A stretch of 50,344 bases of DNA. It comes from an uncultured Gammaproteobacteria bacterium (GTDB taxonomy: Bacteria; Pseudomonadota; Gammaproteobacteria; GCA-001735895). The stretch spans positions 1-50,344 of the forward strand of contig CALJYH010000055.1 in NCBI GenBank assembly GCA_937984095.1. The letters run 5' to 3'. Under the pieces are notes generated by a model. The model searched no databases, was not told the origin of the DNA, and saw only the letters and a list, made by a program, of their open reading frames with translations. A program made the position numbers and the translations under genes. This document shows positions 38,887 through 47,722 of this stretch, piece after piece; the first letter of the stretch is position 1; the number at the start of each line of letters is the position of its first letter.

Positions 38887-39810
38887 TTAAAAATCGCCGG
38901 TCGCGGCGCCTTCCATGATGTAGCGCATACCGTCACGAATTCTGATCGCTTCCGTGCGTAACTCTTTATCCAGAACACTATTCGGATTCTGCGCCAGGTT
39001 GAGCCAGTTCACATCCCAGTCCAGGGTCATCACCCAGAGCTTGCCTTCCGCATCTTCGAGCAGTGCGATACGGCAGGGAATGAAGACGATAAACTCCGGC
39101 GCATAGTCGAGCACCTTGCGTGCCACCATGGCATCACAGAAATTAAAAATTTCTACCCGGGGAGTCTCTTCGCCGGTAATTGCAGTAATGTCTTTCCAAA
39201 GCGGACTGTGCCCGACGAACTTGAAATTTATTTCATTGGCGCGTAGGCGCATGGATTCTATTGCGTCGTCAAAGGAAACATCTTCGGCCACCGGCATCTT
39301 GTCTGCCATGATCGAAATCATGTCACGCAACGATAACGGGCTCAGCATCATCATGCTCTGATACAGGTTTCGCTTGGCCTCGTCCGAAATCGAGTCCGAT
39401 ACGGTGTTGGCTGGAACGTCCCGTTTAGTTTGCGAAGGTATCCACATCCGGGCCTGGTTAGACCCGCCGAACATACCCTCCAGCATTTGCGTATTGGCAG
39501 CGCGCAGCATTGCATCGAGAATGTTAAAGCGGGTGGCTTCGTCAATCGGTGCGTTCATGAAATGATTCGCCATCATCATCATCCACTGCATGTTCATCCA
39601 TTCCGAGGACATTCCCTGCGCATTGATGTTGGAGGTTATCGAAGGTGCGGTGTTTGCCATCCACGGGAACAGGTAAAAAGGATTCTGCAGGGGGCTCGCA
39701 GGCGCAGCATTACAACCCGGTTCCCCTGCAGCGCAATTTTCCTGACTTATCGCGGGATGCATAGATAACGACAATGCGACCGTCATTATTGCGATAAAAC
39801 GAACCAACAT
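38887..39810 (-). CDS. Exported DUF302 domain protein with Met-rich N-terminal extension
   Basis: Signal peptide; C-terminal EIFNFCDA...FIPCRIALLED. Confidence 0.82.
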   Translation of the reverse strand: MLVRFIAIMTVALSLSMHPAISQENCAAGEPGCNAAPASPLQNPFYLFPWMANTAPSITSNINAQGMSSEWMNMQWMMMMANHFMNAPIDEATRFNILDAMLRAANTQMLEGMFGGSNQARMWIPSQTKRDVPANTVSDSISDEAKRNLYQSMMMLSPLSLRDMISIMADKMPVAEDVSFDDAIESMRLRANEINFKFVGHSPLWKDITAITGEETPRVEIFNFCDAMVARKVLDYAPEFIVFIPCRIALLEDAEGKLWVMTLDWDVNWLNLAQNPNSVLDKELRTEAIRIRDGMRYIMEGAATGDF

Positions 39811-40090
39811 GATGAATCCCCTATTTCTTATTTAATGAGTGATTTGCTAATTTCGCGATACCTTAACAATCCTGAGCCTCAGATCAAATATCCACTAGTG
39901 CATACAAACCAGATCAAAAATACGTTAACCTAATACTCTTTATTCGGAGCTTACCCAAATTGGGGTATAGTATTCAGGTATTCGAATAAGTTATTTTTCA
40001 ACTGTCGAATTGCATCAGAAATTTCAGCACAATAAACAGCAACCTGCCCAGCGCGGGGAAGCATATGAGCAAGTATCGAGGAGGAATAGC

Positions 40091-40453
40091 ATGACGATGA
40101 AACAAGTTACCAGCGGAATAGTATCAATGACACTATTTTGCTGTATTTCGATTTTGGGCGGCATTTCGGTCGCGAACGCCGATGCTATCGCTGATGGCAA
40201 GAAAGTAGCATTCGATCGTAAGAAAGGCAATTGTCTGGCCTGTCATGCGATAGCCGGCGGTTCGCTGCCTGGAAATATCGGCCCACCGTTGATTGCCATG
40301 AAGGCACGCTTCCCTGAAAAAGCCAAGCTGCGAGAGCAGATCTGGGACTCGACAGCCGCCAATCCTAACACCATCATGCCTCCTTTCGGCAAACACAGAA
40401 TATTGACAGAAAAGGAAGTGGACCTGGTTACAGAATTTATCTACACCCTTTAG
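40091..40453 (+). CDS. soxX: Sulfur oxidation c-type cytochrome SoxX
   Basis: KKGNCLACH, GNIGPPL, MPPFG; GAGGAGG RBS before ATG 40091. Confidence 0.95.
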   Translation: MTMKQVTSGIVSMTLFCCISILGGISVANADAIADGKKVAFDRKKGNCLACHAIAGGSLPGNIGPPLIAMKARFPEKAKLREQIWDSTAANPNTIMPPFGKHRILTEKEVDLVTEFIYTL

Positions 40454-40487
40454 GCCCGCATGAAAATATCGCACGAGGAAATTTAAG

Positions 40488-40958
40488 ATGAATCTTTTAC
40501 GTCGCAAGTTTATTAAAACGGCCGCTTTTGTCGGCGCCACGGTATCGGCCGTCGGCACGGGAATTTTGATTCCCCAACGCGCACTGGGTGCTTATACCAA
40601 GGCAGCCTTTGATGCCAAGGACGTCAGTGGTGCACTGACTGCAGCCATGGGCACGGATCAGCATACTGCCTCCGATGCAATCAAGCTGAAAGCACCGGAC
40701 ATCGCCGAAAACGGTGCAGTGGTTCCGATAACCGTGTCATCAACCATGGGAAATATTGACGCCATCTCTATTATTGCATCAGCTAACGACTCACCCATGA
40801 CTTCAACCTACATGCTGACTTCCGCCTGTGAGCCATTTGTTTCCACCCGGATCAAGATGGCCAAAACCTCCGACGTTCTCGCCGTGGTCAAGGCGGATGG
40901 CAAGCTCTATTCGGCTGCAAAGGAAGTCAAAGTCACCATTGGTGGTTGTGGCGGTTAA
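40488..40958 (+). CDS. soxY: Thiosulfate carrier SoxY
   Basis: Tat motif RRKFIK, APDIAENGAVVP, C-terminal VTIGGCGG. Confidence 0.97.
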   Translation: MNLLRRKFIKTAAFVGATVSAVGTGILIPQRALGAYTKAAFDAKDVSGALTAAMGTDQHTASDAIKLKAPDIAENGAVVPITVSSTMGNIDAISIIASANDSPMTSTYMLTSACEPFVSTRIKMAKTSDVLAVVKADGKLYSAAKEVKVTIGGCGG

Positions 40959-40989
40959 TTTCAGACATTAAAGAATTGGAGAATTAAAC

Positions 40990-41301
40990 ATGGCTTCTAT
41001 AAAGATTCGCGCAAAGGCAAAAGACGGCGTTACAACCGTCAAGACATTGATGAGTCACCCGATGGAAACCGGGTTGCGCAAAGACTCAAAAACCGGCAAG
41101 AAAATTCCGGCCCATCACATCACCGAGGTTACCGCGGAGCACAATGGCAACACCGTTATGACTGCAAACTGGGGTGGTGCTATTTCGAAAAATCCATACC
41201 TTTCGTTCAAGTTCAAAGGCGCCGCCTCGGGTGACAAGATCAAAATCACCTGGGTCGATAACATGGGCAAAGGTGACAGCGCCGAAGCCGCAATCAAGTA
41301 A
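40990..41301 (+). CDS. soxZ: SoxZ
   Basis: HPMETGLRKD, SKNPY. Confidence 0.97.
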   Translation: MASIKIRAKAKDGVTTVKTLMSHPMETGLRKDSKTGKKIPAHHITEVTAEHNGNTVMTANWGGAISKNPYLSFKFKGAASGDKIKITWVDNMGKGDSAEAAIK

Positions 41302-41337
41302 ACCGCGGTCATAAAATAATACTGAGGAGGAACTGTC

Positions 41338-42171
41338 ATGAATAAACTAATTACGACCCTGGGGATTGCTTTACTGGTTGCGTTGCCTTTCAACGGCATG
41401 GCAAGCCCACAGCAGGACCTGTCAGAGTTTCGGGATTACTACGAGAAACGTTTTCCGGGCACCCCTTTCGATGATTTTATCAACGGTGTCTACTCAATCG
41501 ACCCGGTAACCCGCGAACAATGGGAAGAAATCGAAGAATTTCCACCCTACGAGTTAGGCCTCAGCAAGGGTGAGGAGTTGTTCAACAAGCCGTTTGCAAA
41601 CGGCAAGACTTACGCCAGCTGCTTTGAAAATGACGGCATTGGTATCCGCCAGAACTATCCCTACTTCGATACCGATCGAGGCGAAGTCATTACCCTCGAG
41701 CTGGCAATCAACGAATGCCGCGAAGCCAATGGCGAGAAAAAATTGAAGTGGAAGAAAGGGCCAATCGCATTTATATCCGCCTACATGGCCTATACCTCGC
41801 GCGGCAATATAATTGACATCAAGATTCCGGATGATCCGCGTGCAGTTGCCGCCTATGAACGCGGCAAAAAACACTTCTACCAGAAGCGCGGTCAGCTCAA
41901 TATGGCCTGCGCCGATTGCCACAAGTTTTATGCCGGAAGCATGGTGCGCGCCGACTTGCTGAGTCCCGCATTGGGGCACTTGAGCCATTTCCCGGTATAT
42001 CGCTCCAAATGGGGCGGCATGGGTACCACGCATCGTCGGTATGGTGGTTGTAACAAGCAGGTACGGGCCAAGGACTACCCGGCACAAAGTGAAGAGTACC
42101 GCGCGCTGGAGTACTTCCATACGTACATGAGCAACGGACTCGCAGTCAACGGACCCGGCGCCAGAAAGTAA
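41338..42171 (+). CDS. soxA: SoxA, monoheme type
   Basis: RGQLNMACADCH, FPVYR.KW, RY.GC..QVRA, LEYFHTYMSNG; first heme site degenerate (YASCF). Confidence 0.95.
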   Translation: MNKLITTLGIALLVALPFNGMASPQQDLSEFRDYYEKRFPGTPFDDFINGVYSIDPVTREQWEEIEEFPPYELGLSKGEELFNKPFANGKTYASCFENDGIGIRQNYPYFDTDRGEVITLELAINECREANGEKKLKWKKGPIAFISAYMAYTSRGNIIDIKIPDDPRAVAAYERGKKHFYQKRGQLNMACADCHKFYAGSMVRADLLSPALGHLSHFPVYRSKWGGMGTTHRRYGGCNKQVRAKDYPAQSEEYRALEYFHTYMSNGLAVNGPGARK

Positions 42172-42194
42172 AACGAATCAAACCTTGATTTTAT

Positions 42195-42224
42195 AATGCC
42201 GGGCTTTTGACCCGGCATTTTTTT
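42195..42224 (+). terminator. Rho-independent terminator after soxA
   Basis: AATGCCGGG-CTTTTGA-CCCGGCATT followed by a T run. Confidence 0.88.
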
Positions 42225-42417
42225 ATCCCCAAAGGGGTAGCCCACTATCAAACAGGGCAGTTTTATCACCCTTCCAATTAAACTATGGTTGACACTTATT
42301 GTTTAAGGCTGTTCTATCGTCTGGTTGATACAGATCAATGAGTGCTGGCAAGAAATCTTTAAAACACTAACTTGCCTGATATACGAAACGTTTAACCAGC
42401 AGAGGAATAAATTGAAT

Positions 42418-42648
42418 ATGTCCGAATTTACCGAAAAATTTGATGCCACCGGCCTCAACTGCCCCCTTCCCATTCTGAGATCGAAGAAGGTCCTCAGTTC
42501 GATGAATAGTGGCGACGTGCTCTATGTCATTGCCACCGACTCGGGTTCAGTCAAGGATTTCGATGCCTTTTGCAAGCAAACCGGAAACGAGCTGCTGGAT
42601 AGCTCGGAAGCCGACGGCAAGTATCACTATTACATCAAGAAGGCCTGA
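42418..42648 (+). CDS. tusA: Sulfurtransferase TusA
   Basis: DATGLNCPLPIL, ATD.GS..DF; ATG 42418 after AGAGGA. Confidence 0.93.
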   Translation: MSEFTEKFDATGLNCPLPILRSKKVLSSMNSGDVLYVIATDSGSVKDFDAFCKQTGNELLDSSEADGKYHYYIKKA

Positions 42649-42686
42649 GATCGTTACTCAGCGCCTAAAATATTCCGGAGTGAAGT

Positions 42687-43166
42687 ATGTCTGAGAAAAA
42701 ACTGGCGCTGATTGCCACCAAGGGAACCCTGGACTGGGCCTACCCTCCTTTCATCCTGGCATCTACCGCGGCCGCCATTGGTTACGAGGTACAGATCTTC
42801 TTCACCTTTTACGGTCTCCAGTTACTTAAAAAGGACATGAACCTCAAGGTTTCGCCGCTCGGCAATCCCGGCATGCCGATGCCGATGGGCATGGATAAAT
42901 GGTTTCCGACCATCGGTACCGCCATCCCCGGCATGGAAGCCATGATGAGCAGCATGATGAAATCGAAGATGAAATCCAAGGGCGTCGCCAGCGTTGCCGA
43001 ACTGCGTGAATTGTGCCAGGAAGCTGATGTCAAGCTAATCGCCTGCCAGATGACGGTGGATTTGTTTGACATGCAACCAAGCGAATTTATCGACGGCATC
43101 GACTACGCCGGTGCGGCCACCTTTTTCGAATTTGCCGGGGAATCAGACGTCAACCTGTTTATCTAG
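42687..43166 (+). CDS. dsrE2: DsrE2-like sulfur relay protein
   Basis: KGTLDWAYPPFILASTAAA, FFTFYGL, IACQMT; adjacent to tusA. Confidence 0.88.
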   Translation: MSEKKLALIATKGTLDWAYPPFILASTAAAIGYEVQIFFTFYGLQLLKKDMNLKVSPLGNPGMPMPMGMDKWFPTIGTAIPGMEAMMSSMMKSKMKSKGVASVAELRELCQEADVKLIACQMTVDLFDMQPSEFIDGIDYAGAATFFEFAGESDVNLFI

Positions 43167-43212
43167 CAATCACTATTTCTATAAATCAAGCGAACACGAG
43201 GAGGCAGTTATC

Positions 43213-44583
43213 ATGAGGGTTCGACTTAAGTTTTTCAGCATGGCTTTACTAGCATGCACATTTCCAGCATCGGTCTGGGCCACCAACGGTTATTTCAGTC
43301 ACGGCACCAGCATCGCGGAAAAAGGCATGGCCGGTGCCGGCGTCGCCTATTCACAGGACACACTCGCCGCAGCCAACAATCCTGCCGGCATGGTCTGGCA
43401 GGGAGCCCGCTACGACATCGGAGCGGCCTTGTTTGGACCAATGCGCGAATACAAGGCTACAGGCAGTCCATCGGCCCCGGCGGGATCGCCATGTGGTCCC
43501 TGCCCCTTCAGTATCGGTGACGGCGATCAAAGCATTGATAGTGAAAACGAAGCTTTTCTGATCCCGCAATTTGGTTACAACTGGGTAATCAATGACGACA
43601 GCACTGTGGGTGTTTCGGTCTTCGGTAACGGCGGCATGAATACCGAATACAAGGACGGAACGGCCATATTGGGACCGAATCCAATAACGGGATTGAACTT
43701 CGAAGCGCCCGGTACCTTTGGTGACGGCACCACCGGTGTGGATCTGGCACAACTGTTCATTGCCACGACCTATGCAGCAAAGATCAATGAAAATACTTCC
43801 TGGGGTATCAGCGGAATCATTGCCTACCAGCGTTTTGAAGCCAAAGGCCTGGCAAATTTTAGTCCTTTTTCTTTGGATCCGAGTAACCTAACCAACAATG
43901 ACCACGATACCGCAACCGGTTTCGGCATACGGCTTGGATTTCAGACTGAAATTTCCCCGGGGGTTCGCTTTGGCGCCGCCTATCAACCCGAAATTGATAT
44001 GAGTGAATTCGATGACTACGCCGGCCTGTTCGCGGAAGATGGCGATTTTAATATCCCGTCGAACTTCACTGTCGGTTTGGCAATCGATGTTCGGGATCAT
44101 GGTGTCCTGGTCGTCGATGTACAGCAAATCAACTATGAAGATGTGGATGCAGTATCCAATCCGATAGAGCCACTCACTGACGGCAGCTGTGCAGCCGGTG
44201 CGGGCGCCGGAGGCAGTGGAGTCGGTGACGGTTGCCTCGGTGGTGACGATGGTGCCGGTTTCGGCTGGGAAGACATGACCGTCGTTAAAATTGGCTACCA
44301 GTGGCAGGACGGCGACATGACATGGCGCGTCGGTGTAAGTACAGGAGATCAACCCATACCCAGCAGCGAAGTCGTGTTTAACATTCTGGCACCTGGTGTT
44401 GTAGAGGAGCATATTACCTTCGGCTTTACCAAGCAGATTGATGCACAGAGCTCGTTCAATTTCGCCGCGATGTATGCACCCAGTGTTTCAGTAGACGGCA
44501 CCAACACTTTCGATCCAAACCAGGAAATCGAACTTGAGATGGATCAGTACGAGCTCGCATTTACCTATAACCGCAGGATATAG
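43213..44583 (+). CDS. OmpP1/FadL family outer-membrane channel
   Basis: Signal peptide, ATNGYFSHG, GMAGAG, NNPAG, GNGGMNTEY, GFGWED, NILAPGVVE; GAGGAGG RBS. Confidence 0.88.
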   Translation: MRVRLKFFSMALLACTFPASVWATNGYFSHGTSIAEKGMAGAGVAYSQDTLAAANNPAGMVWQGARYDIGAALFGPMREYKATGSPSAPAGSPCGPCPFSIGDGDQSIDSENEAFLIPQFGYNWVINDDSTVGVSVFGNGGMNTEYKDGTAILGPNPITGLNFEAPGTFGDGTTGVDLAQLFIATTYAAKINENTSWGISGIIAYQRFEAKGLANFSPFSLDPSNLTNNDHDTATGFGIRLGFQTEISPGVRFGAAYQPEIDMSEFDDYAGLFAEDGDFNIPSNFTVGLAIDVRDHGVLVVDVQQINYEDVDAVSNPIEPLTDGSCAAGAGAGGSGVGDGCLGGDDGAGFGWEDMTVVKIGYQWQDGDMTWRVGVSTGDQPIPSSEVVFNILAPGVVEEHITFGFTKQIDAQSSFNFAAMYAPSVSVDGTNTFDPNQEIELEMDQYELAFTYNRRI

Positions 44584-44619
44584 GCACTCACGCTGTAAAC
44601 TCAATCTACTACTTAAAAT

Positions 44620-44645
44620 GGGCAGCTGCGGGATAGCAGCTGCCC
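44620..44645 (+). promoter_or_regulatory. Intercistronic stem-loop without U-tract
   Basis: GGGCAGCTGC-GGGATA-GCAGCTGCCC. Confidence 0.55.
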
Positions 44646-44674
44646 GACTTCAGGCAACACTCGACTTTACTCTG

Positions 44675-45640
44675 ATGAAACGATCCAGACTTTCAATTCT
44701 GCGCAGTACCTGCAGCATATTGTTGTTGCTCAGTCTTGGCTCTGCCGCCATCGCAGCTGACACGCTAAAGCCATTCATCCTGGCCGGCAGTATCGAGGGA
44801 GATCAACCAGGCAAGGCTCGCGCAGGCATCGTCTCCAGCCTGCAGAACGCTGGTTTTGAGGTCATCGGGCAATACTCTCCTTACCAGGAAGCAGATGTCG
44901 TCATCTTTACTCATTCAGTATTGCGCGACCTGGCCACGCGAAGTGCACGCGGTGGTTACGGCGCCACTCTGAGAGTTTCACTCACCCGTAACAATGACAA
45001 AATCGAAATCGCGTATACCAACCCGCATTACTGGGCGAATGCCTACCGCATGCAGGCTGATGTCGAAACGATTGCATCTCAATTGAAATCCATTCTGGGA
45101 TATGAGAAGCCATTTGGTAGCGGCGATCTGTCACTGACCGCCAGCGATTTGCGCAAGTATCACTACACCTTCATGATGGAGTATTTTGATGATCCCAGCG
45201 TGTTGAATTATTTCGACTCGCACGAACAGGCAGTTATGAGGGTACGTGACAACCTGGCCAGGCAGGTCGGTGCCTCAACCCAGGTTTTTGAACTGAAGCT
45301 GGGTTCCGATACCAAAGGAAAACAGATGACCCTGTTCGGGGTCGGACTCAGCGGCTCCGATGAGGAGGATTGCAGCAGCGATGCGTACATCATGAACCGC
45401 ATCGACAGGGATTCACCCCGACATACCGCTCACCTGCCCTACGAGATTCTGGTTTATGGAGACCAGGCAGAAGCGCTCTATGGCAGATTCAGGATTGCAA
45501 TTAGCTGGCCCCACTTACCGATGATGGCAAGCGATACAGGCGCTACCTTTTTCAGTATTATGTGCGCGCCTGGCGCAATCCAGGATGTGTTAACTAAAAT
45601 TGCTGGAGGCAGCATCACCAGGTCCGGTAGCGAGAAGTAA
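44675..45640 (+). CDS. Conserved periplasmic hypothetical protein
   Basis: Signal peptide (AIA-AD), LRKYHY..MMEYF, HLPYEILV, FRIA..WP; start inferred at ATG 44675. Confidence 0.75.
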   Translation: MKRSRLSILRSTCSILLLLSLGSAAIAADTLKPFILAGSIEGDQPGKARAGIVSSLQNAGFEVIGQYSPYQEADVVIFTHSVLRDLATRSARGGYGATLRVSLTRNNDKIEIAYTNPHYWANAYRMQADVETIASQLKSILGYEKPFGSGDLSLTASDLRKYHYTFMMEYFDDPSVLNYFDSHEQAVMRVRDNLARQVGASTQVFELKLGSDTKGKQMTLFGVGLSGSDEEDCSSDAYIMNRIDRDSPRHTAHLPYEILVYGDQAEALYGRFRIAISWPHLPMMASDTGATFFSIMCAPGAIQDVLTKIAGGSITRSGSEK

Positions 45641-45671
45641 TGCTTCAATTTGAAAGGGTGTATTAGAGTAT

Positions 45672-46817
45672 ATGCAGCTAGATCTTTATTCACAGTCTCT
45701 GCTATGGGCGTTCGGGCTTTCCATCGTTTTCGGTGCAATCGCCAACAAGGCTAACTTTTGCACCATGGGCGCGGTTTCCGACTGGATTAATATCGGCGAT
45801 CACAACCGCATGCGCTCGTGGCTGCTGGCAATCGTGACTGCAATTATTGGTGTCGGAATTCTTGAATACTCAGGCTCCATCGACCTGTCGTTGACGACCA
45901 GCAACGATACCTCCAATCCACCCTATCGCAGCGCTAACTTCATCTGGCTGCGGCACCTGCTGGGTGGATTGATGTTTGGGATTGGCATGACGCTGGCGAG
46001 CGGCTGCGGCAACAAGACCCTGGTGCGCCTCGGCGAAGGCAATATGAAGTCGCTAGTGGTTCTTGCAATCATGGGGATCGCCGCCTGGTGGATGCTATTT
46101 TCCAATTTTAGCTACCTGGCATTCCTGCAATGGATGCTGCCGGTCAGCATTGATTTTTCGAACCAGGATATTCCGAGTCAGGATATTGCCGCAGTAGTGT
46201 TTGGTCTCGCTGGCTACGAATGGGGAGCCAGCGACGGGTTGGTGGTTGCTCTGGTCGTGGCAGTTCCGTTGCTGATTTGGATCCTCCGTTCACAGGATTT
46301 TCGATCCAATCTCGAATTGGTATCGGCAGGCCTGATCATTGGCTTGCTGATCGTTATTGGCTGGTATGTCACAGCCGGTCCGGGTGGCCTGGAACTTATG
46401 GATGAGCTCGAATTCATGGATGACCGGCCCTTTTTCACCGGCGCACAATCGCTCACTTTTATTGGACCGACTGGCCACATTGCGCAATACTTGAAAGAGG
46501 GTTTTTCCGCAATTTTTCTAACCTTTGGCGTGGCGACGGTACTCGGTGTCGTGGTTGGCTCGTTTCTGTATACCCTGATATTTCGCAAAGTCCGAATTGA
46601 ATGGTTTGTATCCTGGAATGATTTCCTGATGCACGCTATCGGTGCCCTGTTAATGGGTATTGGCGGGGTGCTGGCGATGGGTTGCACCATTGGCCAGGGA
46701 ATCACCGGCGTCTCGACCCTGGCGCTGGGGTCGATTCTGACGATCGTCGCGATCATCGCCGGCAGTGCGGCAACCATGAAGTACCAGTATTACCTAATGA
46801 TGCGTGAAGATGACTAG
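45672..46817 (+). CDS. YeeE/YedE family sulfur-compound transporter
   Basis: Three conserved Cys motifs NFCTMG, ASGCG, AMGCTIGQG; multiple TM. Confidence 0.92.
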   Translation: MQLDLYSQSLLWAFGLSIVFGAIANKANFCTMGAVSDWINIGDHNRMRSWLLAIVTAIIGVGILEYSGSIDLSLTTSNDTSNPPYRSANFIWLRHLLGGLMFGIGMTLASGCGNKTLVRLGEGNMKSLVVLAIMGIAAWWMLFSNFSYLAFLQWMLPVSIDFSNQDIPSQDIAAVVFGLAGYEWGASDGLVVALVVAVPLLIWILRSQDFRSNLELVSAGLIIGLLIVIGWYVTAGPGGLELMDELEFMDDRPFFTGAQSLTFIGPTGHIAQYLKEGFSAIFLTFGVATVLGVVVGSFLYTLIFRKVRIEWFVSWNDFLMHAIGALLMGIGGVLAMGCTIGQGITGVSTLALGSILTIVAIIAGSAATMKYQYYLMMREDD

Positions 46818-46946
46818 ATGGGATATACCGACCAAAACCTGTTTTTGCTAGGCTACGGGCATTGTTAGCCATCATGCTGATAGCGAGAACTAAAACTTGA
46901 AACGATCTTTGCGCCAATTTGAAATTGTAGAAACCAGGAGATTCCG

Positions 46947-47144
46947 ATGAACCAGGCTTATCGTGACGCAATCACCCAAATGGAAGAAATGAAAGTACAG
47001 CAGGAATATATCCTCGGCTGGCAGGGCGGTTTTCTCGGGCATCCACAACGCGAAGAACAGCGTCTTACCGAAGCCTACGAAGCTGGCTACGAAGACGGTA
47101 GCGCCAAATCTTGCGACAATTTTTCAAACTGGATCGACTCCTAG
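46947..47144 (+). CDS. Alvin_2107 family small sulfur-oxidation protein
   Basis: 65 aa, YI.GW.GG..G.P.REEQR...AYEAGY.DG pattern recalled for this family; CAGGAG RBS. Confidence 0.75.
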   Translation: MNQAYRDAITQMEEMKVQQEYILGWQGGFLGHPQREEQRLTEAYEAGYEDGSAKSCDNFSNWIDS

Positions 47145-47701
47145 GTTTCGAAACTAACCAGTCCAGCCAACGAACGTTTCAAAGCCACTTCGATTTCAGG
47201 CGCCTCCCTGCCGACAATATAGTCGGGTATCCAGCGACTGTCGCGTTCGCCCATGGTCTCTTTCACGCGGTCTCCAAGACGACAGCGCATTGCGAAGCTG
47301 CCGCCTTCCGCCTCGCTGAAGCCGTAATCCGCATAGTCCGCTGAACGCTGGTTGATCTTGCTGATAAAGTCAGCCTGGTACTCAGCCTCGCCCTGGACGT
47401 CAATTCGGCTATCTTCCAGCATCCGCGCCAGGTCCTTAACCAGACAGCTGATGAATTCAACACGTTGATCCTGGCTAGCCTTCGGATATACCCAGCGATC
47501 GCAGAAATGTACCAGGTAACAAACCGTTTCCTCCATGATATCGACCCGCTGACTCTGTGTGGCGGTTTCGAAATTTTCATTTTCCATGTTCAGCACAACG
47601 TTTGCCGCGAGCTTCCATATCGTTGCACTGATGGCATTTGCCATCTGCGCCGGGGACCTCGGCCGCGCGTTCTGGTTCCAGCTTTTCTTGACTCTTACCA
47701 T
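47141..47701 (-). CDS. Conserved hypothetical protein
   Basis: 186-aa helical ORF convergent with the Alvin_2107-like gene. Confidence 0.7.
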   Translation of the reverse strand: MVRVKKSWNQNARPRSPAQMANAISATIWKLAANVVLNMENENFETATQSQRVDIMEETVCYLVHFCDRWVYPKASQDQRVEFISCLVKDLARMLEDSRIDVQGEAEYQADFISKINQRSADYADYGFSEAEGGSFAMRCRLGDRVKETMGERDSRWIPDYIVGREAPEIEVALKRSLAGLVSFET

Positions 47702-47722
47702 GTGTAGGGTGATATCCGGAAA

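Noticed and set aside
35950-39990. Shared TATT...GAATA operator in the two divergent sox promoter regions
   Set aside because: Spacing differs between the two sites and both regions are AT-rich, so chance is likely
40010-44674. Extended N-termini in the ORF track for soxX, tusA, fadL and the 44534 ORF
   Set aside because: Downstream ATGs have better RBSs and/or put the signal peptide or family start at the N-terminus
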